From: an uncultured bacterium
GTDB lineage: Bacteria; Oederibacteriota; PGYV01; CAWJRG01
Direction: 5' to 3'
Assembly: GCA_963845185.1 (NCBI GenBank)
Contig: CAWJRG010000009.1
Span: 768,001 to 832,000, forward strand
Length of the DNA stretch: 64,000 bases
In this document: positions 31,654 to 41,397 of the stretch, piece after piece
Position numbering within the stretch: position 1 is the first letter of the stretch
Layout of the letters: every line of letters starts with the position of its first letter
Notes under the pieces: model-generated
The model's database searches: none
Told to the model about the DNA's origin: nothing
What the model saw: the letters and a program-made list of their open reading frames with translations, nothing else
Made by a program: the position numbers and the translations under genes

Positions 31654-32403
31654 TTAAACTTTTTTCTTCCATTCCACAGCTATGATCCTCTGGCCGTTCA
31701 TGCCTTTTGATTCATCGCTCGCGAGAAAAACAGCAGGCGGACCCATGATTTCAGGCTTAAGCAGCTTGCTCTTTTTTTCCTTTGGAAACGAGTTAGGTAT
31801 CATTCCTGTTAGTGTCGCACCGCCCGGAAGTAGCACGTTTAAGGTAATGCCTGTGCCTTCCAATTCCTGCGCCCATATAATGCTCATTGACTCCAGCGCT
31901 GCCTTTGAAGGACCGTACGGGGTGAATCCTTTGCGCTTCATGGTTTCATAATTCATGGATATGTTTATGATTCTTCCATGCCCCTGTTTGAGCATGTGAG
32001 GCACAACAGCGCTGGTCATCAGGAAAACTCCGTTAACATTTGTGTTTATTACCATGCGCCACATGTCTGGGTCAGCTTCCCAAAAAGGCTTTGGTTCTGT
32101 CATGAAACTGTCATTGACAAACTTCATTCCCCTTCCCGCATTATTAACAAGAATGTCTATCTTTCCATATTTTGATATCACCGTATCCACGAGCCTTTGC
32201 ACGTCATTTACGTCAGTTACATCGGCAAGTATCGCTGTACCACCTATTTTTGCCGCAACCCCGTCTATTTCTTTTTTCTGCTTGGCTGCGGTTACCACAA
32301 CATCCGCGCTCTCAGCAGCGAATGCCTCGGCAATGCCCCTGCCAATGCCCCTTCCTCCGCCTGTAATAATTGCAATCTTGTTCTTCAGCTTTCCCTTTTT
32401 CAA
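31654..32403 (-). CDS. Short-chain dehydrogenase/reductase
   Basis: TGGGRGIG, NNAG, YxxSK; likely TTG start at 32403 after GGGAGG. Confidence 0.9.
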   Translation of the reverse strand: MKKGKLKNKIAIITGGGRGIGRGIAEAFAAESADVVVTAAKQKKEIDGVAAKIGGTAILADVTDVNDVQRLVDTVISKYGKIDILVNNAGRGMKFVNDSFMTEPKPFWEADPDMWRMVINTNVNGVFLMTSAVVPHMLKQGHGRIINISMNYETMKRKGFTPYGPSKAALESMSIIWAQELEGTGITLNVLLPGGATLTGMIPNSFPKEKKSKLLKPEIMGPPAVFLASDESKGMNGQRIIAVEWKKKV

Positions 32404-32539
32404 AAGTCGCCTCCCTTGATTTCGTTTACTTTGCCAAGCCGTCAACAGGAGCAGTCAAAGTATTACAAAATCATGTGCCCGTTCAAGTCCAAGGCTTTAG
32501 CCGAGGACAAGCGGTATTGATATCAAATCGTTTGTTTTT

Positions 32540-32563
32540 GTAGGGACAATTCATGAATTGTCC
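32540..32563 (+). repeat. GTAG-type REP-like palindrome
   Basis: GTAG followed by GGACAATTCATGAATTGTCC, a perfect palindrome; related copy at 48260. Confidence 0.6.
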
Positions 32564-32740
32564 GCCTTTGTTGTTTTATCCTTTTGAATAATTCTTCATA
32601 GTCCCGAACTCAATTAAAAGATTAATACCGCATACTTTTACCTGACAAATTTCAAATCCCAATTCTTATTGTCCCCTTATTCCGTTAAAAAAGCAAGGAT
32701 GGTTTTTATTTTGAATCTTTAAATGGTGGTTTAAATAGGA

Positions 32741-32815
32741 TGGCTGGGGAGCTAGGGCTCGAACCTAGAGATGCGGGCGCCAAAGGCCCGTGCCTTACCA
32801 TTTGGCTACTCCCCA
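32741..32815 (-). tRNA. tRNA-Gln (TTG)
   Basis: TGGGGAGTAGCCAAATGGTAAGGCA CGGGC CTTTGGC GCCCG ...GGTTCGAGCCC... CCA; folds as a cloverleaf; ispE-tRNA-Gln linkage is common. Confidence 0.95.
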
Positions 32816-32915
32816 ACTTTGTAACTACTGTGATATACGCGATGTGCTATGTGTGAAGTGTAATATGAAAACCTGTTTTTCACATGCCACTTACCCCATA
32901 CCACTTCCCACTTTT

Positions 32916-33785
32916 TCAGAGCGAATGCGTCATATATACTTTTGCTTTCTTAAACTGCCTTTTCGCGGAATTAAAGCATTTTAAAGCTGCTTTTTTATCC
33001 TCATATACCGCGAATATCGTGGAGCCGCTTCCGCTTAATCCTGCGTCGACGCATTCGTGCTGCAGGAAAAAAAGCATTATTGAAAATAAATATTTGTATT
33101 TTAAAAACACGACTTTTTCAAAATCATTGTACAAAATACCGCCCCTCATCCTGCTTCCCTTCATGTAATCGAGCAGTATTTTATTATAGTCAAACCTGGC
33201 TGTCAACTTGTATTCACCCGCGTAGAATTTATCGTACAGCCTGTACGTATCTTTAGTGGATACTTTTACATTGTTGTACACAAGCACGTACCATAATTTC
33301 CTGGCGTCTTTTATTATTTCTATTTTTTCACCCTTTCCTGAAACAACAGCCGGTTTTCGGTATATAAAAAAAGGTACATCCGAGCCTATTTGCGCTCCCA
33401 TGCCGGCAAGCTCACTGCTACTCAAGCCAGCACCGAAGAGCCTGTTCAATGCAATTAATACTGCCGCGGCATTGCTGCTTCCGCCACCCAACCCGGAGCC
33501 TTCGGGTATGTGCTTGTAAAACTCTATTTTCAAGCCGGATTTCTTGCCAGTATAATCCATGAATTTTTTTGCGGCCTTGTAAATCGTGTTATCATGCGGC
33601 GCCAGGCGCAGCTTTTTTAATTTGTCCTTCAGGATTATCCCGGAGTCTTTCATCGTGTTTATTTCAAGTATATCGTATAAAGCAATCGGGTCAAATATTG
33701 ATTTTATGAAATGATACCCGTCCTTTTTGTCCGTGCCGATAATCTGCAGTGTGAGGTTCACTTTTGCGGGAGAAAGGAATATCAC
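32916..33785 (-). CDS. ispE: 4-diphosphocytidyl-2-C-methyl-D-erythritol kinase
   Basis: PAKVNL.L, DGYH, IP.G.GLGGGSSNAA, GSDVPFF, SGSG. Confidence 0.95.
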   Translation of the reverse strand: MIFLSPAKVNLTLQIIGTDKKDGYHFIKSIFDPIALYDILEINTMKDSGIILKDKLKKLRLAPHDNTIYKAAKKFMDYTGKKSGLKIEFYKHIPEGSGLGGGSSNAAAVLIALNRLFGAGLSSSELAGMGAQIGSDVPFFIYRKPAVVSGKGEKIEIIKDARKLWYVLVYNNVKVSTKDTYRLYDKFYAGEYKLTARFDYNKILLDYMKGSRMRGGILYNDFEKVVFLKYKYLFSIMLFFLQHECVDAGLSGSGSTIFAVYEDKKAALKCFNSAKRQFKKAKVYMTHSL

Positions 33786-35509
33786 AGGATCTTTTCCAGT
33801 TCGTCAAGTTTTTTCTTCAGGTCTTTCTTTTTGTCCTTTACTTTTTCCAGCTCCAGCGCTTTCTCGAACTTTTCCTTTGCCTTGTCGTATTCCTTCAGTT
33901 TCACATAGGCATCGCCGGCATGCTCCAGTATGAGCGGATCCTGCTTTAGTTTTGCCTTGTCCATGGCTGCAAGGGCATTGTTTAACGCATCCACTGCCTC
34001 TTTATACAGGCCTTTCTTGAAATAAACCCATCCGAGGCTGTCAAGGTAAAAACCATTGTTTTTCTCCAGTTCAAGAGCCTTTTTGACGAAGTCAAAGGCT
34101 TCATCCAGGTTTTTGCCCTCGTCGGCGTAGGTATAGCCTATATAATTATACGCCTCTGCGTTTTTTGGGTTTATCTTCACCACTTCCTTAAAATTCTCCA
34201 CTGCCTTGTCGTAATCCTTCATACTGTCGTAAATAAGCCCCAGGTTAAAATACAATTTTTCGGAATCCTTAAACTGCGCTTTTGCTCCGTTATACAATTG
34301 CAGGGCTTTGTCGTATTCTTTGTTGTCCATGTAAGCCGACGCCAGTAAATGATAAAAATCCTCGTTATCCTTGTTTTCATCCAGTGCCTGCTCAAAAAGT
34401 TTTATTGCCTCAGGGATTTTTCCCTGCGCCTCGTATACATAGCCTATGTGGTAATACGCGTTTACTAGCTTTTTGTTTTCCTTTATGACGGACATGAATT
34501 TTGCAAGCGCCTCGTCGTATTTTTTCATTTCTTCATACGCAATACCGAGGTAATACCTGTTCATGATGTCATTGTAACCCATTTTTTCCAGTTTCTTGAA
34601 TTGCAGGCTTGCCTCTTTGAATCTTTTCAGCTTAATGTAAACTTCTCCCAACGAGTATATGGCGTCTTTATTTTCCGGGTTTAATTTGAGTATTTCCCCG
34701 TATGTGGCGATTGTCTTGTCCCACTGCGAATTCCTGTAATATATGTCGGCAATATAATTTATAATTTCAATGTCCCCGGGTTTTTGTTTCAGATAATCCC
34801 TGTATACCTTTATTGCCTCCTCGTCCTGACCGGTAAGCTCATACGCTTTGCCAAGCCCCATATAGGCCTTGTAATAACCCGGGTCTTTTTCAATGGCCTT
34901 CTTGAAGTATTCTATCGCCTTGTCACTGTCTTCTTTTTGCCCGTAAACAATAGCTATATTGTAGTAGGAAGACGCCGATTCCTGGTCAAGCGCGATATTT
35001 TTCAGGAAATTCCCCTCGGCTCCGCTAAAATCTCCTTCCTGGTACGCGATAACCCCCATGTAGAAAAACGCCTGGGGAGATACAGGCTCAATGTTTATGA
35101 GTTTTTCAAATAATTCCTTTGCCTTCACATAATCTTCTTTTTGAACGGCTTCTTTACCTGCCAAAAGCAACAGCCGTGTATTATCCGGGGATTCTTTCAG
35201 CCCTTTTTCAATGATTTCCTCGGCCTGTGTGGTAACGCCTTTTGCTTCATATACGTCGGCAAGCTCGCCGTATATCGCGCCGGTATCATAAGCATATTTG
35301 GCGCTTGTATTAAAAAATTCGATGGCTTCGTCGTAATTATTGTACAATTCAAGCAGGTATCCGATTGAATAATATAGGTATGACACTGCTTCCTGATAAG
35401 GGTTTTTTTCAACTTCCGGTCTTATTGCGCTTTTATTAAGAGCGCACCCGGAAACGGCCAGCGTCAAAATCACAAAAAGAATTATTGGCTTGAAAATATT
35501 TTTTTTCAT
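33782..35509 (-). CDS. TPR-repeat lipoprotein
   Basis: Lipobox VSGC; many TPRs; AYNYIGY.YAD...YLDSLGWVYFK motif typical of the TPR gene upstream of ispE. Confidence 0.88.
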   Translation of the reverse strand: MKKNIFKPIILFVILTLAVSGCALNKSAIRPEVEKNPYQEAVSYLYYSIGYLLELYNNYDEAIEFFNTSAKYAYDTGAIYGELADVYEAKGVTTQAEEIIEKGLKESPDNTRLLLLAGKEAVQKEDYVKAKELFEKLINIEPVSPQAFFYMGVIAYQEGDFSGAEGNFLKNIALDQESASSYYNIAIVYGQKEDSDKAIEYFKKAIEKDPGYYKAYMGLGKAYELTGQDEEAIKVYRDYLKQKPGDIEIINYIADIYYRNSQWDKTIATYGEILKLNPENKDAIYSLGEVYIKLKRFKEASLQFKKLEKMGYNDIMNRYYLGIAYEEMKKYDEALAKFMSVIKENKKLVNAYYHIGYVYEAQGKIPEAIKLFEQALDENKDNEDFYHLLASAYMDNKEYDKALQLYNGAKAQFKDSEKLYFNLGLIYDSMKDYDKAVENFKEVVKINPKNAEAYNYIGYTYADEGKNLDEAFDFVKKALELEKNNGFYLDSLGWVYFKKGLYKEAVDALNNALAAMDKAKLKQDPLILEHAGDAYVKLKEYDKAKEKFEKALELEKVKDKKKDLKKKLDELEKIL

Positions 35510-35515
35510 TTTGAT

Positions 35516-35965
35516 TTATGCTTCCTCGAACATTTTATTGGTCTGCCTCAGGCGCTTGTTTATCACGCGTAAAAGTTCCATCAGCAGTTTTGCCGCGACT
35601 TTCGGGTCTGAATCGAGTATTTCATTGAAACTATTTTTTGTTATTACAATCAGTTTTGTGTCGGCGTTTGTCCTGCCTGTAGCGGTCCTGGGCCCTGAGT
35701 CGATCAATGACATCTCCCCTGCTATTTCACCCGGACCGAGCTTTGCTATTACCTTCTCGTCTGATTTTGTCTTTTTTATTATATCAATCCCGCCTTCTGT
35801 CACAATATACAGGATCTCGCCAGGCATTCCCTCTACAAAAAGTATGGAGCCTTTCTTATATGATTTTTCAAATACTTTCCTGCAAACAATGTCGATTTCC
35901 ACATCCGTCAAATCCCTGAATAAATTAACCTGTTTTAATCTGTTGTAATCAATGGGTTCTGGCAT
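35516..35965 (-). CDS. Stand-alone cyclic nucleotide-binding domain protein
   Basis: LF..L, GEMSLID..PRTAT phosphate-binding cassette; no HTH domain. Confidence 0.9.
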   Translation of the reverse strand: MPEPIDYNRLKQVNLFRDLTDVEIDIVCRKVFEKSYKKGSILFVEGMPGEILYIVTEGGIDIIKKTKSDEKVIAKLGPGEIAGEMSLIDSGPRTATGRTNADTKLIVITKNSFNEILDSDPKVAAKLLMELLRVINKRLRQTNKMFEEA

Positions 35966-36045
35966 TCTGACGTCCTAGTTTTATTAAAGTGATAAATATA
36001 ATTTAAAATATGGGAACAAAACTGTATTAAATCCCCGATTAGGAG

Positions 36046-36861
36046 TTAAACCTGCACTTCCCATCCTTCCTGAATGGCGTAAGTCTTTTGGAATTTTGCC
36101 TGGGCATTGCGCTGCAAATCGTCTATCTGCGCGTCTGTATGCTCGGGCGCGTGATGGCACAAATGAAGTTCCTTGACATTGGCAAGCTGCGCTACTTTTA
36201 TGCCTTCTTCATAAGTTGAATGCCCCCAGCCTATGTATTTTGGGTATTCCTCAGGCGTAAAGTGCGCATCATACATCAGGATGGAAGCGTTCTTTGAAAG
36301 TTCTATCAGCTTGTTATCCGGCACCGAAAAATGCTCTATGTCCGTGGCAAAAACAAAAGCACCGGTTTTTGTTTCCACCCTGAATCCCAGAACGCCGCCT
36401 GGATGGTTTAATCTCGCAATTTTTATGTTAAAAGGCCCTATGGTTGTGGGTTCGGTTTCCATTATTTCAAGAAAATGCAGTTTTGACATCATGCCTGACA
36501 GCTCAACTGGAAAATTAATGAATTCCTGCTGCTTTTTTAAAACATCCTTGATGCTTTGGTTGTACTTGGTTTCGCCGTAAAGGTTGATTTCATTTCCTTT
36601 AATGAACGCAGGCGTGAAAAACGGGAATGCCTGGATATGGTCCCAGTGATAGTGTGAAAAAAACATATGCAGCTTTCCCTGCCCGGTAAAACCTCTTTTT
36701 AAAAGGTCTCTGCCCAGGTTCCTTATTCCTGTGCCAGCGTCAAAAACCAGAAATGTATCGTCCTGCTCTATAAAAACACAGGTTGTATTGCCTCCGTATT
36801 TGACTGTATCTTTTCCCGGCACAGGTATTGAGCCCCGTACCCCGTAATACTTTATCTTCAT
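36046..36861 (-). CDS. MBL-fold metallohydrolase (RNase Z/cyclic-nucleotide phosphodiesterase-like)
   Basis: GVRGSIP.PG..T.KYGGNT.C, DAGTG, SHYHWDH, HPGG, WGHST, HH.P. Confidence 0.88.
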   Translation of the reverse strand: MKIKYYGVRGSIPVPGKDTVKYGGNTTCVFIEQDDTFLVFDAGTGIRNLGRDLLKRGFTGQGKLHMFFSHYHWDHIQAFPFFTPAFIKGNEINLYGETKYNQSIKDVLKKQQEFINFPVELSGMMSKLHFLEIMETEPTTIGPFNIKIARLNHPGGVLGFRVETKTGAFVFATDIEHFSVPDNKLIELSKNASILMYDAHFTPEEYPKYIGWGHSTYEEGIKVAQLANVKELHLCHHAPEHTDAQIDDLQRNAQAKFQKTYAIQEGWEVQV

Positions 36862-36934
36862 CGTGCCTCCGTATTTCGCGCCGTGTTATATTTTGTTTTC
36901 ACACGTGATATGCAATTTTCTTTCGTTATATTTG

Positions 36935-36963
36935 ATTATAGTCTTTAATTTTTCATTTATCAA
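36935..36963 (-). promoter_or_regulatory. Sigma70 promoter TTGATA-17-TATAAT
   Basis: Near-consensus boxes upstream of the MBL gene. Confidence 0.6.
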
Positions 36964-37025
36964 GCTAAAAACCACTGGAAAAATATTTATCTTCTTTTAT
37001 TGCCTTATTTTAAAGCCAAAAAATT

Positions 37026-37041
37026 TGTGATTTGAATCACA
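37026..37041. promoter_or_regulatory. CRP/FNR-family binding site TGTGA-N6-TCACA
   Basis: Exact TGTGA TTTGAA TCACA with AT-rich flanks, in the recG/MBL intergenic region. Confidence 0.7.
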
Positions 37042-37067
37042 ATATTTTTCCGCCAAGCGAAATTCAT

Positions 37068-39137
37068 TTAACCAACATTTACCAGTTCAAAATCCCGGCC
37101 GTATTTAATATTTATCATGCCAAGTAATTTTGTTTTTTCCTTGCTGCTTATTACATATTCTCCGGAAACAATCCCGAAAGCAGCCTGCCTGCTTGTTTCC
37201 ATGATGTCCCTGTCGGTAATTATATTGGCAATTTTAAATTCAGGAACGCCATGCTGCCTTACGCCCATGAATTCGCCCGGCCCCCGCAACGCAAGGTCTT
37301 CTTCAGCTATCTTAAACCCGTCCTGTGTGGAAACCATGATATTCAAGCGTTTCATGCCTTCCTCGGTTTTCGGATCCCCAAGCAATATACAATAGGATTG
37401 AACGTACCCTCTGCCAACCCTGCCCCTGAGCTGGTGCAGCTGTGACAGCCCGAACCTGTCGGCATGCTCGATAACCATTACCGTGGCGTTGGCGACGTCT
37501 ATACCGACCTCGATAACTGTTGTGGACACAAGTATATTTACGGCTTTATTTTTAAAATCCTGCATAACAGAATCCTTTTCCTCTTTTTTCATTCTGCCGT
37601 GTATGAGCGCTACCTTATAGTTTCCGAACCTTTTTGCCCATTGTTTTTCCATCTCTATCGCGGACTTTAAATCAATTTTTTCCGACTCTTCGACAAGCGG
37701 GTAAACTGCGTAAACCTGCGCGCCTTCATTGAGCCTTGCTTCGATAAAAGTATAGAGTTTTTCAGTTTCATTTTCCGCAAACAAAACAGTTTTTACTGCC
37801 TTTCTGCTCGGCGGCATCTCGTCAATTATTGATATGTCTGTATCCCCGTAAACCGTTAAAGATAAAGTCCTTGGTATGGGTGTTGCGCTCATTATCAAAG
37901 TATGGGGCATGGCCCCTTTTTTTAAAAGTTCTGCCCTCTGCATTACGCCGAACCTGTGCTGCTCGTCTATTATCACAAGCCCCATGTTTTTAAACCCGAC
38001 ATCCTCCTGTATCAGGGCATGCGTGCCTATGATTATGCCTATATCCCCGTTTTTAATCCGTGCCAGTATTTCGTCCCTTTTTTGTTTCTTGGTATCGCTG
38101 GTCAGTAGTTCGTGCCTTATTCCAGTGCTCTTAAAATAATTTTCCGCGTTCCTCGCGTGCTGCTGCGCCAGTATTTCAGTCGGTGCCATAAACGCAGTCT
38201 GGCAACCGTTGCCGCATGTTATTGCGGCTGCGATAAAAGCCACTACTGTCTTGCCTGAGCCCACATCGCCCTGTATGAGTCTGTTCATAGGCCTGCCGCT
38301 CTTAAAATCCGCCTTTATCTCCTCTACCACGCGCTTCTGCGCGCCTGTAAGTGAAAAAGGCATGGCCGATTCGAACGCTGCGTAAGTTTCCGGTTCCGTA
38401 TTAAAAACAATGCCGCTCTTTTCCTTAATATTTTTTTTCCTAATGGCAAAAGCCATCTGCAGGAAAAAAAACTCGTCGAATATCAGGCGTTTTTTCGCCT
38501 TATTTAAAGTATCAAAATCCTCCGGAAAATGCGCGTTCAAAATGGCTTTATTAACGTCAATAAGGGAATCTTTCATTCTTAAGGTTTCGGGCAGATATTC
38601 ATCTACGCAGTCAATATACTTATCAAGCGCAAACTTGATTATTTTCCTTAAGCTTTTTTGGTAAAGCCTGTCTGTAAGGGAATAAACAGGCACAATCCTG
38701 TTTACGCTGATATTATCGTCGTCCCCTGTAATAATCTCGTATTCCGGGTTGGATATCTGGAGAAAATTCCTGAACAGTTCTATCTTCCCGTGGCAGATTA
38801 TTGAGTCGCCTTTTTTAAAAACCTTTTCCATGTACGGTTGGTTATACCATATGCAGTTTATGCTGCCTGATTCATCCTGCACCATTACGGTTGTTATTTT
38901 CAGCCTAGCGCTTACCTGCCTTGTTTGCTTTGCGAGTACTATGCCCCTTATGGTTTCCTTTTCCCCCAGTCTTAAATCTTTTATTTTTTTTATTACAGTC
39001 CTGTCCACCCATGTCCTGGGAAAATAGTAAAGCAGGTCAGCGACCGTGCGCACTCCAAGCTTCTCGAGCAGTTTCGCCCGCTCTGGTCCAACGCCCTTGA
39101 TATACTGCACTTCGTTTGACAGTTTATCTGCTTTCAT
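37068..39137 (-). CDS. recG: ATP-dependent DNA helicase RecG
   Basis: RLIQGDVGSGKT, DEQHRFGV, MSATPIPR, QLHQLRGRVGRG, RGPGE. Confidence 0.97.
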   Translation of the reverse strand: MKADKLSNEVQYIKGVGPERAKLLEKLGVRTVADLLYYFPRTWVDRTVIKKIKDLRLGEKETIRGIVLAKQTRQVSARLKITTVMVQDESGSINCIWYNQPYMEKVFKKGDSIICHGKIELFRNFLQISNPEYEIITGDDDNISVNRIVPVYSLTDRLYQKSLRKIIKFALDKYIDCVDEYLPETLRMKDSLIDVNKAILNAHFPEDFDTLNKAKKRLIFDEFFFLQMAFAIRKKNIKEKSGIVFNTEPETYAAFESAMPFSLTGAQKRVVEEIKADFKSGRPMNRLIQGDVGSGKTVVAFIAAAITCGNGCQTAFMAPTEILAQQHARNAENYFKSTGIRHELLTSDTKKQKRDEILARIKNGDIGIIIGTHALIQEDVGFKNMGLVIIDEQHRFGVMQRAELLKKGAMPHTLIMSATPIPRTLSLTVYGDTDISIIDEMPPSRKAVKTVLFAENETEKLYTFIEARLNEGAQVYAVYPLVEESEKIDLKSAIEMEKQWAKRFGNYKVALIHGRMKKEEKDSVMQDFKNKAVNILVSTTVIEVGIDVANATVMVIEHADRFGLSQLHQLRGRVGRGYVQSYCILLGDPKTEEGMKRLNIMVSTQDGFKIAEEDLALRGPGEFMGVRQHGVPEFKIANIITDRDIMETSRQAAFGIVSGEYVISSKEKTKLLGMINIKYGRDFELVNVG

Positions 39138-41362
39138 TGCGTGCCAAGTTGGGGGTTAATAGACGGCGCTATAGTAGTCGGCTTGGTCAGCTTGTACTGC
39201 GGCAGGGCCGATATGTTTATGGAAAAATATACTTCTTCTACGTTATCCTGCCGTTTTGACCAGCTAAATGAAGCATCCCAGCAGTGCAAATGCCATGTTA
39301 CGCTGTAACTGTGGTCCATTAGGCGCTTTGTAATCATGTCGTACTGCCTTGTCGCGCCGATGCTGAACTCATCAGTGAAAGCAAAATTAAGCCCTGTGTT
39401 GAAATAAAAAGTGTCTTTTATGTTTAATTGCGGGTATCCCCTTGTGTCTATCAGGTTATTTACGTAGGTGGTGCCAAGGTTCATGCTCCACAAAGACTTT
39501 TCTTTGTCGCCCATGGCAAAATTTACATCCGTGTTCTTTACCATGTTCGCGTAAATGCTGTAGCCGCTGTTGGCATAAAGCGAATACTCGTTATAATTCA
39601 TTGTCGCATTTAAGGCAAGCAGTGAAAACCTGTCCTGGATGTTTTTAATCGGCGGGCTGTCATCAAGCATGTCATAAGTGGTATTTGCCCTGATAGTAAG
39701 CATGCCTAACATGCTTGACATGTTGATTGCCAGCGAATCCGCTGTTATGCCGGTATGAAGCATAGATTTATTTTTATTTATCTGCTTGGCAAGATTTTGG
39801 GACAGCGTCAGCTGCAGCACGCCTCGGGGTGCAATATCCATGACAAGCGTAGCGTTTGTTGTATAAGTATTCAGGAATTCACCTTTGATATGCGACTTTT
39901 CGTCGCTGTTTGACCAGTTCGACTGCAAACCAGCGCCCCCGGACAAAGACATGAAAAGCAGGCGGGGAAGCGATAATGTCAGGTTCGGGTTCCAGCCTGC
40001 ATTGTCGGAATAATAACCAGGCGTGGAAAGGCTGTAATTCCGTGTAAAATTAAGCGAGTTTTTCAAATAAAGCCTTGGTAAAATTTCCAATGACGTCATC
40101 TGGTAATTTAAATACGGCAAAGTCCTGCCCGTAGTAATGTAATGATATTTTGATTTATCAAGAGGCTGCCCGGTCAACGGATCCGTGGTAACAAGCGTCT
40201 CAGTGTCCAGTGCATTAATGTCCAGGGAGTTGTTTCCCCAGAAGCTTGTCGTGAAATCCGCGTATGAATTCTGCGATTGGTTATCCACCTGCCCTGCAAG
40301 CGTTTCCTGGCTTAACAGCGCGTCGCTCACCTTGCTGACCTTGATATTCAGCTTGCTGGTGTCGTTAAACTGCTGGGTATGAGTCAAACTGCCTTCCCAA
40401 TGCTCGTCCTGAGAGTTTAAACTCGACGTAGTTTTTGTGTAATAGCCATAAAGGGATCCAGTCGAATCTTTTGAAAAACCGTAATTTGAAGTCAGCCTGT
40501 AGCCCCACCCGAGTTTTTGCATATAATCAACTTCCAGCGTTTCCTGATTTAACTGGTTAAAATAATAATTGTAGATTAAATCGGCGTAATAACCCTGAAT
40601 GTCGTTATGCCCGACTTTAATCTCAAAAGGCAATTTATTGTTTTTTAGCGACTGGTAAAAATACGGGAAATAAAGCACCGGTATCCTGCCAAGGTAAAAA
40701 ACCGTGTTCCATGCCTCTATTTTGTCGTCCTGGTAAATATATATGATTGACGATTCCATCCTGTAATGCGGCTGTTCCTTGTCGCAGGTGGTGAATACAG
40801 GCGATTCTATCTCGGTTTTTTTGCCTTCGGTTTTCATTTTTTTACCTTTGACTATCCATGGCGGCTTGACAATCGTTACGTTTTCCGTATAAGCTGTCGG
40901 TGTCTTGAAATTGTAATATATCTTGTCCGTATAAATCCGCGAGTCCTTTTGCATCACCAGGACATTTCCATCTGCAGATATATCGCCGGTATTTACATTG
41001 GCATAAATCCTGTCGGCAAAAATATAAATATCGTCGTGTTTTATGGTGCCGTGGCCTTCGCCGAAAATCTCAGCAGTCTGGTTGTCGTAGGAAAGGTCGT
41101 CTGCCATTACAAATACAGGCGTGGCTGTGTTGGCATTTACATCGGCTGGCATTGATAAAGAAGTGTAAGTTCCCGTTGCCGCCTTTGCTTTAAACGGCAG
41201 GAGCGGGGAAAAAACAAGAAGGAATAGTATTAAGTGAAGTGCCGGCCAAATCCTGTTGCCGCATCGAGGGTTTCGCCGCGGACGTGGTCGCCGGAACTTT
41301 GACAAAAGATGGTATACCCGCGTATAAGAATAAAATTTTTTTTTATCATTAACGTTTGTCAT
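39134..41362 (-). CDS. lptD: LPS assembly protein LptD-like; start uncertain
   Basis: AD.L.YD jellyroll N-domain, FTTC...PHY, PVLYFPY, C-terminal barrel ending LHCW. Confidence 0.75.
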   Translation of the reverse strand: MTNVNDKKKFYSYTRVYHLLSKFRRPRPRRNPRCGNRIWPALHLILFLLVFSPLLPFKAKAATGTYTSLSMPADVNANTATPVFVMADDLSYDNQTAEIFGEGHGTIKHDDIYIFADRIYANVNTGDISADGNVLVMQKDSRIYTDKIYYNFKTPTAYTENVTIVKPPWIVKGKKMKTEGKKTEIESPVFTTCDKEQPHYRMESSIIYIYQDDKIEAWNTVFYLGRIPVLYFPYFYQSLKNNKLPFEIKVGHNDIQGYYADLIYNYYFNQLNQETLEVDYMQKLGWGYRLTSNYGFSKDSTGSLYGYYTKTTSSLNSQDEHWEGSLTHTQQFNDTSKLNIKVSKVSDALLSQETLAGQVDNQSQNSYADFTTSFWGNNSLDINALDTETLVTTDPLTGQPLDKSKYHYITTGRTLPYLNYQMTSLEILPRLYLKNSLNFTRNYSLSTPGYYSDNAGWNPNLTLSLPRLLFMSLSGGAGLQSNWSNSDEKSHIKGEFLNTYTTNATLVMDIAPRGVLQLTLSQNLAKQINKNKSMLHTGITADSLAINMSSMLGMLTIRANTTYDMLDDSPPIKNIQDRFSLLALNATMNYNEYSLYANSGYSIYANMVKNTDVNFAMGDKEKSLWSMNLGTTYVNNLIDTRGYPQLNIKDTFYFNTGLNFAFTDEFSIGATRQYDMITKRLMDHSYSVTWHLHCWDASFSWSKRQDNVEEVYFSINISALPQYKLTKPTTIAPSINPQLGTQ

Positions 41363-41397
41363 TCCTTTTTCATCAGCCGGCTGCTGTTACCTCCGAC

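Noticed and set aside
31654..32740. Integrated element at the tRNA-Gln 3' end
   Set aside because: No integrase and no duplicated tRNA 3' end found nearby.
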